DNA from: Auanema rhodensis
Taxonomy: Eukaryota > Animalia > Nematoda
Reading direction: 5' to 3'
Assembly (NCBI GenBank): GCA_964057225.1
Contig: OZ059900.1
Span: forward strand, 7,440,001 to 7,504,000
DNA length: 64,000 bases
Shown: one piece after another, positions 54,790 through 64,000 of the stretch
Layout of the letters: every line of letters starts with the position of its first letter
Numbering within the stretch: the stretch's first letter is position 1
The notes under the pieces: model-generated
What the model saw: the letters and a program-made list of their open reading frames with translations, nothing else
Told to the model about the DNA's origin: nothing
Databases searched by the model: none
Position numbers and translations under genes: made by a program

Positions 54790-57700
54790 TTGGCAAAATC
54801 AGTCAAACTTTTGATCTTAAGCATATTTTTTTCTTCTAAAACGACTAAATGTATGAAATACTGTCATAGAATGTTCATATAGGTGTATTTTGCACGAATA
54901 TCAAAACTGATTGAAATATGGGCCTTTTTATGTTCAAAACGCCATATATTCAACGATTTTGGGTACAAAACATGTGAAAACTGTATGTTTTGATCAGACC
55001 CTTTGAGATATGGATTTGAAATTCAGGATTCATAAACTTTGACTATTTTTACATATATATGTCCAATTTTAACCACTTTGGTCAAAAAGGACCGAAAATA
55101 TCAAGAATTATTGGTTTTTTGGGGATTGAAGGGCATTTTGGCAAAATCAGTCAAACTTTTGATCTTAAGCATATTTTTTTCTTCTAAAACGACTAAATGT
55201 ATGAAATACTGTCATAGAATGTTCATATAGGTGTATTTTGCACGAATATCAAAACTGATTGAAATATGGGCCTTTTTATGTTCAAAACGCCATATATTCA
55301 ACGATTTTGGGTACAAAACATGTGAAAACTGTATGTTTTGATCAGACCCTTTGAGATATGGATTTGAAATTCAGGATTCATGAACTTTGACTATTTTTAC
55401 ATATATATGTCCAATTTTAACCACTTTGGTCAAAAAGGACCGAAAATATCAAGAATTATTGGTTTTTTGGGGATTGAAGGGCATTTTGGCAAAATCAGTC
55501 AAACTTTTGATCTTAAGCATATTTTTTTCTTCTAAAACGACTAAATGTATGAAATACTGTCATAGAATGTTCATATAGGTGTATTTTGCACGAATATCAA
55601 AACTGATTGAAATATGGGCCTTTTTATGCTCAAAACGCCATATATTCAACGATTTTGGGTACAAAACATGTGAAAACTGTATGTTTTGATCAGACCCTTT
55701 GAGATATGGATTTGAAATTCAGGATTCATAAACTTTGACTATTTTTACATATATATGTTCAATTTTAACCACTTTGGTCAAGAAGGACCGAAAATATCAA
55801 GAATTATTGGTTTTTTGGGGTTTGAAGGGCATTTTGGCAAAATCAGTCAAACTTTTGATCTTAAGCATATTTTTTTCTTCTAAAACGACTAAATGTATAA
55901 AATACTGTCATAGAATGTTCATATAGGTGTATTTTGCACGAATATCAAAACTGATTGAAATATGGGCCTTTTTATGCTCAAAACGCCATATATTCAACGA
56001 TTTTGGGTACAAAACATGTGAAAACTATATGTTTTGATCAGACCCTTTGAGATATGGATTTGAAATTCAGGATTCATAAACTTTGACTATTTTTACATAT
56101 ATATGTTCAATTGTAACCACTTTGGTCAAAAAGGACCGAAAATATCAAGAATTATTGGTTTTTTGGGGTTTGAAGGGCATTTTGGCTAAATCAGTCAAAC
56201 TTTTGATCTTAAGCATATTTTTTTCTTCTAAAACGACTAAATGTATGAAATACTGTCATAGAATGTTCATATAGGTGTATTTTGCACGAATATCAAAACT
56301 GATTGAAATATGGACCTTTTTATGTTCAAAACGCCATATATTCAACGATTTTGGGTACAAAACATGTGAAAACTGTATGTTTTGATCAGACCCTTTGAGA
56401 TATGGATTTGAAATTCAGGATTCATAAACTTTGACTATTTTTACATATATATGTTCAATTTTAACCACTTTGGTCAAAAAGGACCGAAAATATCAAGAAT
56501 TATTGGTTTTTTGGGGTTTGAAGGGCATTTTGGCTAAATCAATCAAACTTTTGATCTTAAGCATATTTTTTTCTTCTAAAACGACTAAATGTATGAAATA
56601 CTGTCATAGAATGTTCATATAGGTGTATTTTGCACGAATATCAGAACTGATTGAAATATGGGCCTTTTTATGCTCAAAACGCCATATATTCAACGATTTT
56701 GGGTACAAAACATGTGAAAACGGTATGTTTTGATCAGACCCTTTGAGATATGGATTTGAAATTCAGGATTCATAAACTTCGACTATTTCTACATATATAT
56801 GTCCAATTTTAACCACTTTGGTCAAAAAGGACCGAAAATATCAAGAATTATTGGTTTTTTGGGGATTGAAGGGCATTTTGGCAAAATCAGTCAAACTTTT
56901 GATCTTAAGCATATTTTTTTCTTCTAAAACGACTAAATGTATGAAATACTGTCATAGAATGTTCATATAGGTGTATTTTGCACGAATATCAAAACTGATT
57001 GAAATATGGGCCTTTTTATGCTCAAAACGCCATATATTCAACGATTTTGGGTACAAAACATGTGAAAACTGTATGTTTTGATCAGACCCTTTGAGATATG
57101 GATTTAAAATTCAGGATTCATAAAATTCGACTATTTTTACATATATATGTCCAATTTTAACCACTTTGGTCAAAAAGGACCGAAAATATCAAGAATTATT
57201 GGTTTTTTGGGGTTTGAAGGGCATTTTGGCTAAATCAGTCAAACTTTTGATCTTAAGCATATTTTTTTCTTCTAAAACGACTAAATGTATGAAATACTGT
57301 CATAGAATGTTCATATAGGTGTATTTTGCACGAATATCAAAACTGATTGAAATATGGGCCTTTTTATGCTCAAAACGCCATATATTCAACGATTTTGGGT
57401 ACAAAACATGTGAAAACTGTATGTTTTGATCAGACCCTTTGAGATATGGATTTAAAATTCAGGATTCATAAAATTCGACTATTTTTACATATATATGTCC
57501 AATTTTAACCACTTTGGTCAAAAAGGACCGAAAATATCAAGAATTATTGGTTTTTTGGGGTTTGAAGGGCATTTTGGCAAAATCAGTCAAACTTTTGATC
57601 TTAAGCATATTTTTTTCTTCTAAAACGACTAAATGTATGAAATACTGTCATAGAATGTTCATATAGGTGTATTTTGCACGAATATCAAAACTGATTGAAA

Positions 57701-60700
57701 TATGGGCCTTTTTATGTTCAAAACGCCATATATTCAACGATTTTGGGTACAAAACATGTGAAAACTGTATGTTTTGATCAGACCCTTTGAGATATGGATT
57801 TGAAATTCAGGATTCATAAACTTTGACTATTTTTACATATATATGTCCAATTTTAACCACTTTGGTCAAAAAGGACCGAAAATATCAAGAATTATTGGTT
57901 TTTTGGGGATTGAAGGGCATTTTGGCAAAATCAGTCAAACTTTTGATCTTAAGCATATTTTTTTCTTCTAAAACGACTAAATGTATGAAATACTGTCATA
58001 GAATGTTCATATAGGTGTATTTTGCACGAATATCAAAACTGATTGAAATATGGGCCTTTTTATGTTCAAAACGCCATATATTCAACGATTTTGGGTACAA
58101 AACATGTGAAAACTGTATGTTTTGATCAGACCCTTTGAGATATGGATTTGAAATTCAGGATTCATGAACTTTGACTATTTTTACATATATATGTCCAATT
58201 TTAACCACTTTGGTCAAAAAGGACCGAAAATATCAAGAATTATTGGTTTTTTGGGGATTGAAGGGCATTTTGGCAAAATCAGTCAAACTTTTGATCTTAA
58301 GCATATTTTTTTCTTCTAAAACGACTAAATGTATGAAATACTGTCATAGAATGTTCATATAGGTGTATTTTGCACGAATATCAAAACTGATTGAAATATG
58401 GGCCTTTTTATGCTCAAAACGCCATATATTCAACGATTTTGGGTACAAAACATGTGAAAACTGTATGTTTTGATCAGACCCTTTGAGATATGGATTTGAA
58501 ATTCAGGATTCATAAACTTTGACTATTTTTACATATATATGTTCAATTTTAACCACTTTGGTCAAGAAGGACCGAAAATATCAAGAATTATTGGTTTTTT
58601 GGGGTTTGAAGGGCATTTTGGCAAAATCAGTCAAACTTTTGATCTTAAGCATATTTTTTTCTTCTAAAACGACTAAATGTATAAAATACTGTCATAGAAT
58701 GTTCATATAGGTGTATTTTGCACGAATATCAAAACTGATTGAAATATGGGCCTTTTTATGCTCAAAACGCCATATATTCAACGATTTTGGGTACAAAACA
58801 TGTGAAAACTATATGTTTTGATCAGACCCTTTGAGATATGGATTTGAAATTCAGGATTCATAAACTTTGACTATTTTTACATATATATGTTCAATTGTAA
58901 CCACTTTGGTCAAAAAGGACCGAAAATATCAAGAATTATTGGTTTTTTGGGGTTTGAAGGGCATTTTGGCTAAATCAGTCAAACTTTTGATCTTAAGCAT
59001 ATTTTTTTCTTCTAAAACGACTAAATGTATGAAATACTGTCATAGAATGTTCATATAGGTGTATTTTGCACGAATATCAAAACTGATTGAAATATGGACC
59101 TTTTTATGTTCAAAACGCCATATATTCAACGATTTTGGGTACAAAACATGTGAAAACTGTATGTTTTGATCAGACCCTTTGAGATATGGATTTGAAATTC
59201 AGGATTCATAAACTTCGACTATTTCTACATATATATGTCCAATTTTAACCACTTTGGTCAAAAAGGACCGAAAATATCAAGAATTATTGGTTTTTTGGGG
59301 ATTGAAGGGCATTTTGGCAAAATCAGTCAAACTTTTGATCTTAAGCATATTTTTTTCTTCTAAAACGACTAAATGTATGAAATACTGTCATAGAATGTTC
59401 ATATAGGTGTATTTTGCACGAATATCAAAACTGATTGAAATATGGGCCTTTTTATGCTCAAAACGCCATATATTCAACGATTTTGGGTACAAAACATGTG
59501 AAAACTGTATGTTTTGATCAGACCCTTGAGATATGGATTTGAAATTCAGGATTCATAAACTTTAACTATTTTTACATATATATGTTCAATTTTAACCACT
59601 TTGGTCAAAAAGGACCGAAAATATGAAGAATTATTGGTTTTTTGGGGTTTGAAGGGCATTTTGGCAAAATCAGTCAAACTTTTGATCTTAAGCATATTTT
59701 TTTCTTCTAAAACGACTAAATGTATAAAATACTGTCATAGAATGTTCATATAGGTGTATTTTGCACGAATATCAAAACTGATTGAAATATGGGCCTTTTT
59801 ATGCTCAAAACGCCATATATTCAACGATTTTGGGTACAAAACATGTGAAAACTATATGTTTTGATCAGACCCTTTGAGATATGGATTTGAAATTCAGGAT
59901 TCATAAACTTTGACTATTTTTACATATATATGTTCAATTGTAACCACTTTGGTCAAAAAGGACCGAAAATATCAAGAATTATTGGTTTTTTGGGGTTTGA
60001 AGGGCATTTTGGCTAAATCAGTCAAACTTTTGATCTTAAGCATATTTTTTTCTTCTAAAACGACTAAATGTATGAAATACTGTCATAGAATGTTCATATA
60101 GGTGTATTTTGCACGAATATCAAAACTGATTGAAATATGGACCTTTTTATGTTCAAAACGCCATATATTCAACGATTTTGGGTACAAAACATGTGAAAAC
60201 TGTATGTTTTGATCAGACCCTTTGAGATATGGATTTGAAATTCAGGATTCATAAACTTTGACTATTTTTACATATATATGTTCAATTTTAACCACTTTGG
60301 TCAAAAAGGACCGAAAATATCAAGAATTATTGGTTTTTTGGGGTTTGAAGGGCATTTTGGCTAAATCAATCAAACTTTTGATCTTAAGCATATTTTTTTC
60401 TTCTAAAACGACTAAATGTATGAAATACTGTCATAGAATGTTCATATAGGTGTATTTTGCACGAATATCAGAACTGATTGAAATATGGGCCTTTTTATGC
60501 TCAAAACGCCATATATTCAACGATTTTGGGTACAAAACATGTGAAAACGGTATGTTTTGATCAGACCCTTTGAGATATGGATTTGAAATTCAGGATTCAT
60601 AAACTTCGACTATTTCTACATATATATGTCCAATTTTAACCACTTTGGTCAAAAAGGACCGAAAATATCAAGAATTATTGGTTTTTTGGGGATTGAAGGG

Positions 60701-63700
60701 CATTTTGGCAAAATCAGTCAAACTTTTGATCTTAAGCATATTTTTTTCTTCTAAAACGACTAAATGTATGAAATACTGTCATAGAATGTTCATATAGGTG
60801 TATTTTGCACGAATATCAAAACTGATTGAAATATGGGCCTTTTTATGCTCAAAACGCCATATATTCAACGATTTTGGGTACAAAACATGTGAAAACTGTA
60901 TGTTTTGATCAGACCCTTTGAGATATGGATTTAAAATTCAGGATTCATAAAATTCGACTATTTTTACATATATATGTCCAATTTTAACCACTTTGGTCAA
61001 AAAGGACCGAAAATATCAAGAATTATTGGTTTTTTGGGGTTTGAAGGGCATTTTGGCTAAATCAGTCAAACTTTTGATCTTAAGCATATTTTTTTCTTCT
61101 AAAACGACTAAATGTATGAAATACTGTCATAGAATGTTCATATAGGTGTATTTTGCACGAATATCAAAACTGATTGAAATATGGGCCTTTTTATGCTCAA
61201 AACGCCATATATTCAACGATTTTGGGTACAAAACATGTGAAAACTGTATGTTTTGATCAGACCCTTTGAGATATGGATTTGAAATTCAGGATTCATAAAC
61301 TTTGACTATTTTTACATATATATGTCCAATTTTAACCACTTTGGTCAAAAAGGACCGAAAATATCAAGAATTATTGGTTTTTTGGGGATTGAAGGGCATT
61401 TTGGCAAAATCAGTCAAACTTTTGATCTTAAGCATATTTTTTTCTTCTAAAACGACTAAATGTATGAAATACTGTCATAGAATGTTCATATAGGTGTATT
61501 TTGCACGAATATCAAAACTGATTGAAATATGGGCCTTTTTATGTTCAAAACGCCATATATTCAACGATTTTGGGTACAAAACATGTGAAAACTGTATGTT
61601 TTGATCAGACCCTTTGAGATATGGATTTGAAATTCAGGATTCATAAACTTTGACTATTTTTACATATATATGTCCAATTTTAACCACTTTGGTCAAAAAG
61701 GACCGAAAATATCAAGAATTATTGGTTTTTTGGGGATTGAAGGGCATTTTGGCAAAATCAGTCAAACTTTTGATCTTAAGCATATTTTTTTCTTCTAAAA
61801 CGACTAAATGTATGAAATACTGTCATAGAATGTTCATATAGGTGTATTTTGCACGAATATCAAAACTGATTGAAATATGGGCCTTTTTATGTTCAAAACG
61901 CCATATATTCAACGATTTTGGGTACAAAACATGTGAAAACTGTATGTTTTGATCAGACCCTTTGAGATATGGATTTGAAATTCAGGATTCATGAACTTTG
62001 ACTATTTTTACATATATATGTCCAATTTTAACCACTTTGGTCAAAAAGGACCGAAAATATCAAGAATTATTGGTTTTTTGGGGATTGAAGGGCATTTTGG
62101 CAAAATCAGTCAAACTTTTGATCTTAAGCATATTTTTTTCTTCTAAAACGACTAAATGTATGAAATACTGTCATAGAATGTTCATATAGGTGTATTTTGC
62201 ACGAATATCAAAACTGATTGAAATATGGGCCTTTTTATGCTCAAAACGCCATATATTCAACGATTTTGGGTACAAAACATGTGAAAACTGTATGTTTTGA
62301 TCAGACCCTTTGAGATATGGATTTGAAATTCAGGATTCATAAACTTTGACTATTTTTACATATATATGTTCAATTTTAACCACTTTGGTCAAGAAGGACC
62401 GAAAATATCAAGAATTATTGGTTTTTTGGGGTTTGAAGGGCATTTTGGCAAAATCAGTCAAACTTTTGATCTTAAGCATATTTTTTTCTTCTAAAACGAC
62501 TAAATGTATAAAATACTGTCATAGAATGTTCATATAGGTGTATTTTGCACGAATATCAAAACTGATTGAAATATGGGCCTTTTTATGCTCAAAACGCCAT
62601 ATATTCAACGATTTTGGGTACAAAACATGTGAAAACTATATGTTTTGATCAGACCCTTTGAGATATGGATTTGAAATTCAGGATTCATAAACTTTGACTA
62701 TTTTTACATATATATGTTCAATTGTAACCACTTTGGTCAAAAAGGACCGAAAATATCAAGAATTATTGGTTTTTTGGGGTTTGAAGGGCATTTTGGCTAA
62801 ATCAGTCAAACTTTTGATCTTAAGCATATTTTTTTCTTCTAAAACGACTAAATGTATGAAATACTGTCATAGAATGTTCATATAGGTGTATTTTGCACGA
62901 ATATCAAAACTGATTGAAATATGGACCTTTTTATGTTCAAAACGCCATATATTCAACGATTTTGGGTACAAAACATGTGAAAACTGTATGTTTTGATCAG
63001 ACCCTTTGAGATATGGATTTGAAATTCAGGATTCATAAACTTTGACTATTTTTACATATATATGTTCAATTTTAACCACTTTGGTCAAAAAGGACCGAAA
63101 ATATCAAGAATTATTGGTTTTTTGGGGTTTGAAGGGCATTTTGGCTAAATCAATCAAACTTTTGATCTTAAGCATATTTTTTTCTTCTAAAACGACTAAA
63201 TGTATGAAATACTGTCATAGAATGTTCATATAGGTGTATTTTGCACGAATATCAGAACTGATTGAAATATGGGCCTTTTTATGCTCAAAACGCCATATAT
63301 TCAACGATTTTGGGTACAAAACATGTGAAAACGGTATGTTTTGATCAGACCCTTTGAGATATGGATTTGAAATTCAGGATTCATAAACTTCGACTATTTC
63401 TACATATATATGTCCAATTTTAACCACTTTGGTCAAAAAGGACCGAAAATATCAAGAATTATTGGTTTTTTGGGGATTGAAGGGCATTTTGGCAAAATCA
63501 GTCAAACTTTTGATCTTAAGCATATTTTTTTCTTCTAAAACGACTAAATGTATGAAATACTGTCATAGAATGTTCATATAGGTGTATTTTGCACGAATAT
63601 CAAAACTGATTGAAATATGGGCCTTTTTATGCTCAAAACGCCATATATTCAACGATTTTGGGTACAAAACATGTGAAAACTGTATGTTTTGATCAGACCC

Positions 63701-64000
63701 TTTGAGATATGGATTTAAAATTCAGGATTCATAAAATTCGACTATTTTTACATATATATGTCCAATTTTAACCACTTTGGTCAAAAAGGACCGAAAATAT
63801 CAAGAATTATTGGTTTTTTGGGGTTTGAAGGGCATTTTGGCTAAATCAGTCAAACTTTTGATCTTAAGCATATTTTTTTCTTCTAAAACGACTAAATGTA
63901 TGAAATACTGTCATAGAATGTTCATATAGGTGTATTTTGCACGAATATCAAAACTGATTGAAATATGGGCCTTTTTATGCTCAAAACGCCATATATTCAA
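54790..64000. repeat. Repeated cassette region; ~54790-57390 recurs at ~61400-64000 (offset 6611 = 19 monomers minus 1 bp), with partial copies between
   Basis: CATGAAC, AAGAAGG/GTATAAAA, ACTATA/ATTGTAA, GGACC/AATCAATC, TCAGAAC/AAACGGT and TTTAAAATTC occur in the same order at 55387-57127 and 61998-63738. Confidence 0.85.

Larger units (their letters stand above)
1..64000. repeat. Satellite DNA array: ~184 head-to-tail copies of a 348-bp AT-rich monomer, running off both window ends
   Basis: Landmarks such as CTAAAACGACTAAATGTAT, TTTTGGGTACAAAACAT and GGACCGAAAATATCAAG recur every 348 bp. ORF-track anchors step by 348 (560, 908 ... 62694, 63042), apart from a few 1-3 bp indels and two 270-bp units. 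No inversion or non-satellite insertion was seen. Confidence 0.99.

Noticed and set aside
560-63233. Repeated 63-aa + strand ORF (MTIFTYICP...)
   Set aside because: It starts at TTG and has no recognisable domain or RBS. It is lost freely through start changes (TTCGAC, TTAAAC) and frameshifts, and most variants are non-synonymous. It is a by-product of the repeat unit.
1-64000. CRISPR-like or other repeat-spacer/cassette array
   Set aside because: There are no unique spacers or variable cassettes, the whole 348 bp repeats, and no cas, integrase or RT gene is present.
1-64000. Tandem RNA gene cluster (5S rRNA, tRNA, snRNA, spliced leader)
   Set aside because: I recognise no 5S, tRNA or SL sequence, Pol III A/B/C boxes or GC-rich structured core. 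An Infernal/Rfam scan would be the formal test.

Overview
The whole 64-kb window is one uninterrupted head-to-tail tandem satellite array. It has about 184 copies of a 348-bp monomer (about 30% GC by hand count of monomer 1), all in the same orientation and differing from one another at only a handful of positions. I see no protein-coding gene, RNA gene, transposon, CRISPR array or unique sequence. The 63/65/73-aa ORFs in the track are TTG-started chance frames repeated once per monomer. The architecture is typical of eukaryotic centromeric, pericentromeric or subtelomeric heterochromatin; the species cannot be determined from the sequence alone. I did not find a new gene-encoded system. The information lies in the array's internal organisation: (i) an A/B dimer higher-order repeat on the left, whose A monomer disappears after about 26.1 kb; (ii) a different variant set forming a loosely ordered multi-monomer cassette on the right; (iii) nested block duplications with offsets of 2, 3, 5, 7, 8, 9, 10, 11, 16 and 19 monomers; (iv) two copies of a 78-bp-deleted 270-bp monomer that allow events to be ordered in time; and (v) monomer-level features (phased A/T tracts, palindromes, a degenerate fold-back, traces of an ancestral ~174-bp dimer). 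All variant calls were made by eye, and duplication borders are approximate. Monomers are cited by the position of their TTGACT-site anchor (the + strand ORF start).
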